Of a stretch of DNA of 64,000 nt, positions 37,539 to 45,425 are shown piece after piece (positions within the stretch are counted from its first letter, which is position 1; each line of letters starts with the position of its first letter). The position numbers and the translations under genes were made by a program. The stretch spans positions 1 to 64,000 of IMG/VR virus record IMGVR_UViG_3300025425_000009. One strand, 5' to 3'. The notes under the pieces were generated by a model. That model was not told where the DNA came from. It searched no databases and saw only the letters and a list, made by a program, of their open reading frames with translations. The stretch is from a virus.

Positions 37539-38009
37539 ATGAAAATACAAGGTCCTGTCACACTGTCAGAAATGCAACATGCTATAGCACTAACAAATTC
37601 CATGCTTGCTGCGTCTCGGTTATTGGACATGAAATACTCTACCTTTGTACGTACGGCAACAGCGTTCGGCGTGTACAAGCCCAATCAAGGCAACAAAGGG
37701 CACCAGACCTACAACAAGGCTGAGAGGTATGAACTAGGCGCTGTTAAGAACTCCAACATGAGAACACAAGAGCTTAAATCGCTGTTACTCCTTCTGGGAA
37801 TAAAGGAGTATTGCTGTGAAGGTTGCAGAAGTGCAGACTGGCTAGGCAGTAGACTGGTGATGGAACTGCACCATGTCAACGGAGACAACACTGATAACAG
37901 AATAGAAAACCTGCAAATGCTATGCCCTAACTGTCACAGCCAGACAGACACTTGGCGGGTGCCTAAGCAGGTGCTAAAGAAAAGAAGAGAACGCACAATG
38001 AATAAGTGA
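37539..38009 (+). CDS. HNH homing endonuclease
   Basis: CEGC...ELHHVNGDNTDNRIENLQMLCPNCHSQT. Confidence 0.92.
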   Translation: MKIQGPVTLSEMQHAIALTNSMLAASRLLDMKYSTFVRTATAFGVYKPNQGNKGHQTYNKAERYELGAVKNSNMRTQELKSLLLLLGIKEYCCEGCRSADWLGSRLVMELHHVNGDNTDNRIENLQMLCPNCHSQTDTWRVPKQVLKKRRERTMNK

Positions 38010-38080
38010 TGGAACGGTATACATAGAGAGCTTAAACCTCTCGGACTTCGGTCATGTGGGTTCGACTCCCGCCTTATTCA
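38000..38080 (+). tRNA. tRNA-Leu(UAA)
   Basis: loop CTTAAAC; variable arm GAC-TTCG-GTC. Confidence 0.88.
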
Positions 38081-38108
38081 CACGGTTCCTCACCAGAACT
38101 AACCTTAT

Positions 38109-38179
38109 CAGGGCAAAATATAATGGTAGTATACTCGGTTTGGATCCGAGAAGATCAAGTTCGATTCTTGGTGCCCTGA
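38109..38179 (+). tRNA. tRNA-Pro(UGG)
   Basis: CAGGGCA/TGCCCTG acceptor; loop TTTGGAT. Confidence 0.82.
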
Positions 38180-38265
38180 CATGTATTTTGCATATGCAAT
38201 GTTTAACTTAATTAAGCTGGCAGTAAAGTGGGCAATCCCTTCCTTGTAGAAGGTGCCTACACTCT

Positions 38266-38339
38266 CCGCTTGTGGTGCAAATGGTAGACACAAACCGTTC
38301 AAAATGGTTACAGTGCGAGTTCGAATCTCGTCAAGCGGA
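38266..38339 (+). tRNA. tRNA-Leu(CAA), short variable region
   Basis: CCGCTTG/CAAGCGG acceptor; loop TTCAAAA. Confidence 0.85.
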
Positions 38340-38387
38340 CATGCGTATGATATAATTAAGATATTATTAACCAATCAAAATTCATAT

Positions 38388-38819
38388 ATGAAATATCTTT
38401 TTGAAGAAGCACAAGTTGTAGCATCAGTGCTACCAGTCGCACAAACATCAGCTGCTGTAAATGGCGCTGCTGTTAACGTATCTGAGTTCGGAGACGGACT
38501 ATGCATCGTCACTGTAGGCGCTGCACTTGGAGGACCTACTGGTCAGTCTGTAGTTGGAAAACTACAGGAATCAGTAAACGGTTCAGATGGGTGGGCTGAC
38601 ATTTCTGGAGCTGTAACGGTTGCTATCACAGCAGACAACAAAACTGCAGAAATCAAGCTAACACGACAAACTCGTGTTGCAAGTAAGAGGTTTGTTCGGG
38701 CTGTCATTACACCTGCTCTTACAGCAGGGACAGCTCCTACTATTCCAGTTTCTGCTGTGTTTGTTCTTGGGTCAGCACCTACAAGTGCAGGATTCACGAA
38801 CAGTACAACTGCTAACTAG
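38388..38819 (+). CDS. capsid cement/decoration-like beta-sandwich protein
   Basis: NGAAVN...KLQES..G..WADISGA...KRFVRAV pattern typical of genes that follow major capsid genes. Confidence 0.6.
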   Translation: MKYLFEEAQVVASVLPVAQTSAAVNGAAVNVSEFGDGLCIVTVGAALGGPTGQSVVGKLQESVNGSDGWADISGAVTVAITADNKTAEIKLTRQTRVASKRFVRAVITPALTAGTAPTIPVSAVFVLGSAPTSAGFTNSTTAN

Positions 38820-38832
38820 TTAGTACCAGATT

Positions 38833-38858
38833 AAGCACGGCACCATGTCGTGTTTTTT
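38833..38858 (+). terminator. intrinsic terminator
   Basis: AAGCACGGCA/TGTCGTGTTT hairpin plus T-run. Confidence 0.7.
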
Positions 38859-38862
38859 CCTG

Positions 38863-38907
38863 CCTGTTTATAAGTAGGTGTACACAGTGACACAGTAGTG
38901 GTATTAT
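38863..38907 (+). promoter_or_regulatory. phage promoter with inverted box
   Basis: CCTGTTTATAA (reverse complement TTATAAACAGG), TGTACA 38879, 17 nt, TATTAT 38902. Confidence 0.65.
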
Positions 38908-38934
38908 ATACATATACAAATATAACGTAACAAT

Positions 38935-39504
38935 ATGCAAACATTCGTACACTCCCCAGATGTCCACACAATTGTAAAGCAACTAGATAAAAAGAGGTTG
39001 TTCAAACAGACAGTAGAAACATTTCAGCTTATGAAAGCCATAGCAGGTCTCTACGCCAAAAGAGATGATGCAGGCACTGTAATTAAAGATGGGTGGAGCT
39101 CACACCCTGCAGCCAATATGTGGCGAGGTCATACCTATGCACTTCTATGTTACCAGGAGTTGTGTGTTAATGAGTGTATTGCACGAGGCATCAACTATTC
39201 AAGCCCTAATGTGTACGAAAAAACCAAAGCTGTATATGACGAGTATTTAACAGGCGGTGACCTTAACCCTCCAGCTTGGTGGGGTGATGAAAGAGTGCAT
39301 GGCACACACCGTGCTAACCTACTACGCAAAGACTTAGAAGACAGAGAAAAGCAGTTAGCAAAAGGCAAAGATCATGTGTTGCAATACCACAGCTTTGGCT
39401 GGTCTGAAAAACCGTATAACATTGATGGCACTCAAACTGAGTATATATGGCCAGTAGACAAGACTGGGCAAATGTCATTCTACTCTGTTGAACGAAAAAA
39501 ATAG
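38935..39504 (+). CDS. pyrimidine-dimer DNA glycosylase-like protein (DenV/MSMEG_6728 family)
   Basis: MQTF, LDKKRLFKQTVE, GWSSHPAANMWRGH, PAWWGD, HRANLLRKD. Confidence 0.85.
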   Translation: MQTFVHSPDVHTIVKQLDKKRLFKQTVETFQLMKAIAGLYAKRDDAGTVIKDGWSSHPAANMWRGHTYALLCYQELCVNECIARGINYSSPNVYEKTKAVYDEYLTGGDLNPPAWWGDERVHGTHRANLLRKDLEDREKQLAKGKDHVLQYHSFGWSEKPYNIDGTQTEYIWPVDKTGQMSFYSVERKK

Positions 39505-39514
39505 CACTTACAGA

Positions 39515-39560
39515 GTTGTTAACAGGCCATGTTGTACAATGCTCTAAAATAGGTTATAGT
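39515..39560 (+). promoter_or_regulatory. conserved phage promoter
   Basis: GTTGTTAACAGG 39515, TGTACA 39533, TATAGT 39555. Confidence 0.75.
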
Positions 39561-39734
39561 TATATAGGTAGAGGGGTAGTTTATTCAAAGGGTCTGCTCC
39601 TTTACGTTCGAGTATTTTTTTCAAGCTGACTTTGTGAGCAGTCAGCAACTCTCTAGTCTTTTGATTTAGAGTTTCATCTTATGCAGTAGTGGGTCATCAA
39701 TACCAACACGTAGTCCCACTCTCTAGTGGGAACC

Positions 39735-39805
39735 GCCGCTGTAGTTCAATGGTAGAACAGCCTTCTTGTAAGGGGCATATGAAGGTTCGATTCCTTCCGG
39801 CGGCT
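39735..39805 (+). tRNA. tRNA-Thr(UGU)
   Basis: cloverleaf; loop CTTGTAA. Confidence 0.9.
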
Positions 39806-39806
39806 C

Positions 39807-40277
39807 ATGGAAACAACAAACAACTTAAACGAAGTTATAAAAAAATTACAAGAGCCAACCCACTGGTACACAGAGGTGTGGTACTTCGTTATATACACCA
39901 TTCCTCGTATTAGCAGTGACACTTATCACAGTGTCCGGTATGCATGCCAAAGAGTAACACAAGGGTATGACGACAGAATGATGTTTAGTCATTCCTACTT
40001 CCATGCTGAGATGATGGTGCGAGTACTAGACGATTTTATTAACAACTCAATAGGCTACCCTGGGATGTCGGACGACATTAAATGCAACACTCCAGAGGAG
40101 TGGATAAAGACACTAAAGATAATGAGGGCAGGCTTTCAGTCTGTGCTGGACCTAGAAGATGATCCGTTTTCAACTATGTCATCTGAAGAGTGTTCGGCAA
40201 GCCAAGCAGAACTTAGGAAAAGATTCAAACAAGGAATGAAGTTGTATACAACATACTATGAGCACCTTTGGGACTAG
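39807..40277 (+). CDS. conserved phage hypothetical protein
   Basis: QRVTQGYDD...GYP...EEW...M..GF...YYEHLWD. Confidence 0.75.
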   Translation: METTNNLNEVIKKLQEPTHWYTEVWYFVIYTIPRISSDTYHSVRYACQRVTQGYDDRMMFSHSYFHAEMMVRVLDDFINNSIGYPGMSDDIKCNTPEEWIKTLKIMRAGFQSVLDLEDDPFSTMSSEECSASQAELRKRFKQGMKLYTTYYEHLWD

Positions 40278-40328
40278 TCAGTAGTGGGTTATGATATTAT
40301 ATCTATAAGCAGAGTAGGTTACCTACAT

Positions 40329-40404
40329 ATGCGCACATGTTCCAAGGATGGCGAGTTCGGCTCCAAACTGAACTGGGAGGGTTCGATTCCTTCTGCGTAT
40401 GCCA
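40329..40404 (+). tRNA. tRNA-Trp(CCA)
   Basis: ATGCGCA/TGCGTAT acceptor; loop CTCCAAA; CCA encoded. Confidence 0.85.
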
Positions 40405-40556
40405 TGACAGTCTGCCTGTCTTAGACGGATCTCCTCGCCGTTGAACAGAGTGACAACAGCCGTGCCTTCTGTAGGTGCGTCTTCAAAACACTGAGTATAA
40501 ATCGACAATGGTGTGTAACAGCATCGTTTTTATACACTAACGAATATGACCCACCT

Positions 40557-41531
40557 ATGCTAATTGGACACACAGATGAAACTTCATACAGCCTTTACCC
40601 AAGTCAACACCCATGGGCAAGAGAGCTATACGACCAAGCAGTAGCGAACACGTGGTTCCCCCACGAAATTCCTTTGAAAGAGGATCTTATTGATTTTGAA
40701 AATATGACAGTTGACGAGCGTCATGCAATAGAGTTCATAATGTCTTTCTTCAACCCAGCAGAACTCATTGTAAACAGAACACTTGCTCTAGGAGTATACC
40801 CATACCTTACAGCACCTGAGTGTCATCTGTACCTTGCAAAACAAATGTGGGAAGAAGCGAACCACTGCGTTTCATTCGAATATGTTCTTGAAACATTTCC
40901 GTTTGATCGTGAAAAGATCTATGGCCACCACAACAACGTACCAGAAATGATAGCTAAAGAAGCTTACCTGAAACGTTATCTAGACCCTGTGATTGGTGAC
41001 GGAGTTGACATCACCACAGTTGAAGGAAAGCAGGCGTTCATACGTAACCTTGTTGCAATCAACATAGTTACAGAAGGTATCTGGTTTTACTCAGGATTCA
41101 TGGTAATGCTCTCATTCCGTCAGCGAAACAAGCTTCGAAACTTTGGATCAATGATTAACTGGGTACTTCGAGATGAAAGTCTTCACCTCAAGTTTGGAAT
41201 GACACTCATTCTTACAGTGCTTGATGAAAACAAGGACATTGTGACAGACGAGTTTGCAGAAGAAATTCAAGCAATGATTGTGGAAGGAGTGGAACTTGAA
41301 ACTGCGTACAACAAGGTACTGTTTCCAAACGGTATTCTAGGACTCAATGCAGACTATGTAAACCAGTACGTAAAGTATGTAGCGGATCGTAGATTCGAAG
41401 AACTCGGGTTTGAACCACACTACAACGTGACTAACCCTGCAAAGTGGATGACTACCTCTACAGATGTGTATGAACTAGTTAACTTCTTTGAACAGCAAAA
41501 TACCTCGTATGAGGTAAACGCTAAGGCGTAA
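40557..41531 (+). CDS. nrdB: ribonucleotide reductase beta subunit, class Ic-type
   Basis: ferritin-like EEANH, EGIWFYSGF, RDESLH, NFFE; first ligand Glu (NPAE) and Phe at the radical-Tyr position (HCVSF). Confidence 0.9.
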   Translation: MLIGHTDETSYSLYPSQHPWARELYDQAVANTWFPHEIPLKEDLIDFENMTVDERHAIEFIMSFFNPAELIVNRTLALGVYPYLTAPECHLYLAKQMWEEANHCVSFEYVLETFPFDREKIYGHHNNVPEMIAKEAYLKRYLDPVIGDGVDITTVEGKQAFIRNLVAINIVTEGIWFYSGFMVMLSFRQRNKLRNFGSMINWVLRDESLHLKFGMTLILTVLDENKDIVTDEFAEEIQAMIVEGVELETAYNKVLFPNGILGLNADYVNQYVKYVADRRFEELGFEPHYNVTNPAKWMTTSTDVYELVNFFEQQNTSYEVNAKA

Positions 41532-41563
41532 CGGTTCACTGGCAACTGACAGGTTGCCGACAT

Positions 41564-41635
41564 GGAGGCATAGTGTAACGGACAACATGTAGGTCTTCGA
41601 AACCTGAGATCCTGGTTCGAATCCAGGTGCCTCCA
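41564..41635 (+). tRNA. tRNA-Arg(UCG)
   Basis: cloverleaf; loop CTTCGAA. Confidence 0.88.
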
Positions 41636-41682
41636 CCTGACGTAATGTTATAATAACTATCTTAGCAAGTAACTTATTCTAT

Positions 41683-41823
41683 ATGCCAGAAGAACTTACA
41701 CAGGAACAAATTGAGCAGAACAAGGAGGAATCTCTTAGAAATAGAGCAGCCGCTGACAAGCAGGCTGAGGAGTTCGGTCATAACGATCCCAGCACAGACT
41801 TTGTTTGTGACAGCTGCCAATAG
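41683..41823 (+). CDS. 46-aa acidic peptide ending CDSCQ (resembles the RNR alpha C-terminal tail)
   Basis: manual translation MPEELTQEQIEQNKEESLRNRAAADKQAEEFGHNDPSTDFVCDSCQ; TGTTATAAT upstream. Confidence 0.7.
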   Translation: MPEELTQEQIEQNKEESLRNRAAADKQAEEFGHNDPSTDFVCDSCQ

Positions 41824-41833
41824 GCAGTTACCT

Positions 41834-41917
41834 GCTAGCATGGCATGAGTGGTCAATGGCACTGGGCTGTAAACTCAGCGACTTCGGTCTACGCAGGTTC
41901 GAATCCTGCTGCTAGCA
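41834..41917 (+). tRNA. tRNA-Tyr(GUA)
   Basis: loop CTGTAAA; long variable arm. Confidence 0.92.
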
Positions 41918-41923
41918 CAACAT

Positions 41924-41998
41924 GGTGGGTATAGTGTAATGGTCGCACTTCAGATTGTGATTCTGACAGTTCGGGATCATTCCCCGATTCCCACCCCA
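41924..41998 (+). tRNA. tRNA-His(GUG)
   Basis: G-1/C73; loop TTGTGAT; T-loop ATCATTC; CCA encoded. Confidence 0.85.
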
Positions 41999-41999
41999 T

Positions 42000-42071
42000 G
42001 GCGCCGTGGTAAAATGGTTAATACGCAGGATTTTCATTCCTGAGTTCGCAGTTCAATTCTGCGTGGCGTCA
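42000..42071 (+). tRNA. tRNA-Glu(UUC)
   Basis: cloverleaf; loop TTTTCAT. Confidence 0.88.
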
Positions 42072-42587
42072 CAACATAAGAGCTGAACACATAGGTAATA
42101 AAAAAGGCCCAACTCGCTAAGAAGGGCTCTTTGTGTTATCAGAATGTTACCACTACAACGCCTACACCAATTAGGAGCATGCATATAGCACCGTAATACA
42201 TTTCTGAAAAGGTTAACAAGATGATAGAGCAAACACATAATATAACTAATCCAAGTTCCATGGGTCTCTTCCCTTGGGGATGTTAGTTGTGGCGTCTGCA
42301 CGGTCTACGTTGACAGTGTCATCTTCGGTGTTGACAAGCTCTGGATAGAGAGTGTCCTCTTTACTAGTGATGTCTTGTTCAAAACTAGACTTGCGGGGTG
42401 TCATATCTTTTATGTCCATATCATTAGTTATTATATACTAGACACAATGGTATATAATAAACATAGGAGAGTACGCTCTTCAGTGCCGACTCAGGTCCGC
42501 TACCGAATTGGCAAACAACGTGAGTCTTGAATTGACCCACATAACCTGTAGAAAGGAGACAATATCTGATTCTTAACTGAATCCCAT

Positions 42588-42633
42588 AAAGAACCATTTG
42601 CCGCTGGGTATAGCATTGATGGTTCTTTTTTTT
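42588..42633 (+). terminator. intrinsic terminator, possibly bidirectional
   Basis: AAAGAACCAT/ATGGTTCTTT hairpin plus T-run. Confidence 0.7.
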
Positions 42634-42639
42634 GAGAGA

Positions 42640-42685
42640 GTTGTTAACAGGTATCAGTTTACACAATGCCTATCTTTGTTATAAT
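42640..42685 (+). promoter_or_regulatory. conserved phage promoter
   Basis: GTTGTTAACAGG 42640, TTTACA 42658, TATAAT 42680. Confidence 0.75.
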
Positions 42686-43004
42686 AGGAAAGGAAGCCAT
42701 GGACATATATGCACTACCAGAGATACAAGACGAAGACGTCAAAGAGCTAATTGAGTCAGACGTTCACAAAGGTGACTACCACAGTCTAGCGTTACTATGA
42801 TACCGCGACTAACCTATGCTGAAAGAAAGGCACTCCAACTTGCAAATTGTGCAAGAAACAACCACAAAATACTCGGTGGAAAGTGCTTGGAGTGTGACCT
42901 TAGATTCATAAAGCCCAAGAAGCAAACAACGACCCTACCTAAGGGTAACTCCTCAGGAGTCCAGGAGTCTCGTTGAAATACACGAGGCTTCTTTTTTTCT
43001 GGTT

Positions 43005-43265
43005 ATGAAAACCAACAACTTATCAATCTATCGTACTATCATGACAAGACAGCAAACAATGTGGGCATGGGTGGACAAATCAGACACCAACAGCAAAGGT
43101 ATCATTTTCGTAGATGAAACAAAACTGGCGGTTAGCAAGATGCGTGCATCAGTAGTTGCAAAACTGAAAGCAGCTGACACACCAGGTGGAAAAGATACAC
43201 AGGAGATGAGGACACTTTGTAAATCTTCAGTTATTCAAAAAGTCACAGTAACCTACACAACATAA
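43005..43265 (+). CDS. hypothetical protein
   Basis: ORF in array. Confidence 0.55.
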   Translation: MKTNNLSIYRTIMTRQQTMWAWVDKSDTNSKGIIFVDETKLAVSKMRASVVAKLKAADTPGGKDTQEMRTLCKSSVIQKVTVTYTT

Positions 43266-43266
43266 T

Positions 43267-43461
43267 ATGTTCGGATCTATATTGCATGAGTTGTACAAAA
43301 GAAAGATATTGCTTGCTTCAGACACACAAACCACGGAAGACAAGGCTTTGCAGATAATAGAAGAGCTAACATCGGACAAGCGAGTTGACACACTAGCTGC
43401 CATAACCATGGTAGAATCACTTGTTTCGTCCATGCGAGTGCCTCATGGCAGCAACAAATAA
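43267..43461 (+). CDS. hypothetical protein
   Basis: ORF in array. Confidence 0.5.
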   Translation: MFGSILHELYKRKILLASDTQTTEDKALQIIEELTSDKRVDTLAAITMVESLVSSMRVPHGSNK

Positions 43462-43487
43462 CAGTTTATACAGTAACTAACCTTTAC

Positions 43488-43874
43488 ATGATTTTCAAAA
43501 GAAACAACGACCTAGTGCAGTCCTTAGAAGATACCAAATTGCATGTTATACAACTACAGCGCGATATTGCTTCTCTTAGTCATGACCGTGCAATAGAGTT
43601 GAAGGACCTTCATGCATCTCATAAACGAGAAGTGGACAGACTAATGTTTGAAGCTGAGTTTGCAGATAACACTGAAATCAAAGAACTTAGGAAAACCTTT
43701 ACTGAACTTGACAAGGCTTACGGAATCCTAACCAAGGAAAACGACATGCATAAACAAATACTTGAATTAGACGCAGACATCATAGATGTTAAGACTTTGA
43801 TTTCTGAGCTAATGGCTAAACTCCCTACAGTTAACATTTCAGGTCTGCTTGCTCAACCAGCAGATAAGAAATAA
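43488..43874 (+). CDS. coiled-coil hypothetical protein
   Basis: heptad-like; LMAKLPTVNI C-terminus. Confidence 0.7.
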   Translation: MIFKRNNDLVQSLEDTKLHVIQLQRDIASLSHDRAIELKDLHASHKREVDRLMFEAEFADNTEIKELRKTFTELDKAYGILTKENDMHKQILELDADIIDVKTLISELMAKLPTVNISGLLAQPADKK

Positions 43875-43877
43875 CGC

Positions 43878-44297
43878 ATGTCTATGTATTCAGAGGATTG
43901 CACACAGTCTGCATGGAGAGCTGCAAGGTCACTTGCAGATCAATACCAAGACTGGGAAATACGCTCACTCGAAAATACTGGTCTCATGAACCGAGGTGTG
44001 GCTGTTGTTAGAGTAATGCTCATAAACAAGATGGCCGACACGCATACCTACTTGACCATGTCTACAGGTGTTGCAAGGTGTCTTGAAGAAATGTTGGACC
44101 ATGAACCTACTGCTTCTTATCAAACTCCTCCATACATGTGCATTGACACCACTGGCTTGCGTGGAAATGTAGGTATTACTTCCGATGACCACACCCGATT
44201 CCACATGACAAGGCAGCCAGTTGACGATACTGTGGATAGATACAAAGCAAGTCTTAGGAAAGTTACATCATATCGTAACAGCCAGAATAAGTTATAA
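43878..44297 (+). CDS. hypothetical protein
   Basis: ORF in array. Confidence 0.6.
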   Translation: MSMYSEDCTQSAWRAARSLADQYQDWEIRSLENTGLMNRGVAVVRVMLINKMADTHTYLTMSTGVARCLEEMLDHEPTASYQTPPYMCIDTTGLRGNVGITSDDHTRFHMTRQPVDDTVDRYKASLRKVTSYRNSQNKL

Positions 44298-44460
44298 TTA
44301 TGAAAGACGTGCTAAACTTTTACCTCGATAAAGACGCCCATCTCATTCTGGAAACAGAGGATGACTTCTTTAGACAAGGTGGTTGCCAGTCTTCCAGAAC
44401 CTGGGAGCCAGTCGACGAAGATCAAGTTGACAAGAAGGAACCTGAATAAGGTTCCAACTT

Positions 44461-44531
44461 GCTCCTGTAGCTCAATGGTAGAGCGTCCGTTTGAAGCACG
44501 GAAGACAACAGTTCGATTCTGTTCAAGAGCG
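44461..44531 (+). tRNA. tRNA-Phe(GAA)
   Basis: loop TTGAAGC; one C-A mismatch in acceptor stem. Confidence 0.85.
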
Positions 44532-44550
44532 CTAATGTTATAATCACACT

Positions 44551-44778
44551 ATGATAACAATATACACAACGCCAACATGCAAGTACTCAGACAAAGTCAG
44601 AAGGCTGTTGGAGGATGCAGGCAAGGACTACAAGATATGTAACGTGCTCATGGATCCTGCAGCGAGGGACCACTTAATAGACAAAACAGGTGAGGTGTTT
44701 GCACCAACCATAGAAGTAGACGGACAGTTCTTAGTAGGCTTCATTAAGTCAGATGTACAACGCATGCTAAATGTGTAA
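44551..44778 (+). CDS. glutaredoxin/NrdH-like protein with CxxS site
   Basis: IYTTPTCKYS, APTIEVDG, VGF. Confidence 0.85.
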   Translation: MITIYTTPTCKYSDKVRRLLEDAGKDYKICNVLMDPAARDHLIDKTGEVFAPTIEVDGQFLVGFIKSDVQRMLNV

Positions 44779-44833
44779 CCTCATTGTGAGGCAGAACTAC
44801 ATACACGAGTTACACAAGCAATAGTGGCGTAAT

Positions 44834-44877
44834 AAAAAAGGTCTAGACGGTAATAATACTATCTAGATCCTTTTTTT
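44834..44877. terminator. bidirectional terminator between the convergent genome arms
   Basis: A-run, GGTCTAGA/TCTAGATCC hairpin, T-run. Confidence 0.8.
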
Positions 44878-44888
44878 ATCTCTGAGGG

Positions 44889-45377
44889 TTATCCACAGAG
44901 TCCTTGTTCATACGGCTTGTGTGACCATCCTCCTCCAAGACCATGCAGTTTTGAAGCGTTCCAGTCAGCAGTTCCGTATTTGCTCAGAACCCACATTGTG
45001 AGTTCTATGTTATCGTTGGCATTGAGTTTCTGGCGTGAATGACCATGGCCCCAATACATACTCGAATAACTTGCCCATGTTGAATCGATATATTGATACA
45101 CTCCTCCTGCGGAGGATGTGCTGTTTCTTGCATCTGCCTTGAAATTACTTTCTGCACATGCAATATTCAACGCTAGACTTTGATCGACATTATGCTCAAT
45201 GGCATATAGTCTGACACGGTCGTGATTTGTAAGATCAACATCTAGTGCGTCAGCAAGTTCTACTATATCCAGCGGCTGCTCTAATAGAGCAAGCATAGAT
45301 TCGACTTCAAACTTAACCTCAGGTTCATTAGATGCATGGGCTATCAGAGCGATACCCATTAAAGTCCATACAATCAC
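44889..45377 (-). CDS. lytic transglycosylase (SLT-like) with N-terminal signal/anchor
   Basis: IACAESNF, SSAGGVYQY, STW, WNAS. Confidence 0.85.
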   Translation of the reverse strand: MIVWTLMGIALIAHASNEPEVKFEVESMLALLEQPLDIVELADALDVDLTNHDRVRLYAIEHNVDQSLALNIACAESNFKADARNSTSSAGGVYQYIDSTWASYSSMYWGHGHSRQKLNANDNIELTMWVLSKYGTADWNASKLHGLGGGWSHKPYEQGLCG

Positions 45378-45425
45378 TATTGTGAATATTAGTTTGTTGG
45401 AAATACACTTTGGTAAATGATAATC

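Noticed and set aside
42073-42590. Possible structured RNAs or small minus-strand ORFs after tRNA-Glu
   Set aside because: Several hairpins and short frames, but no consistent model or motif I can support
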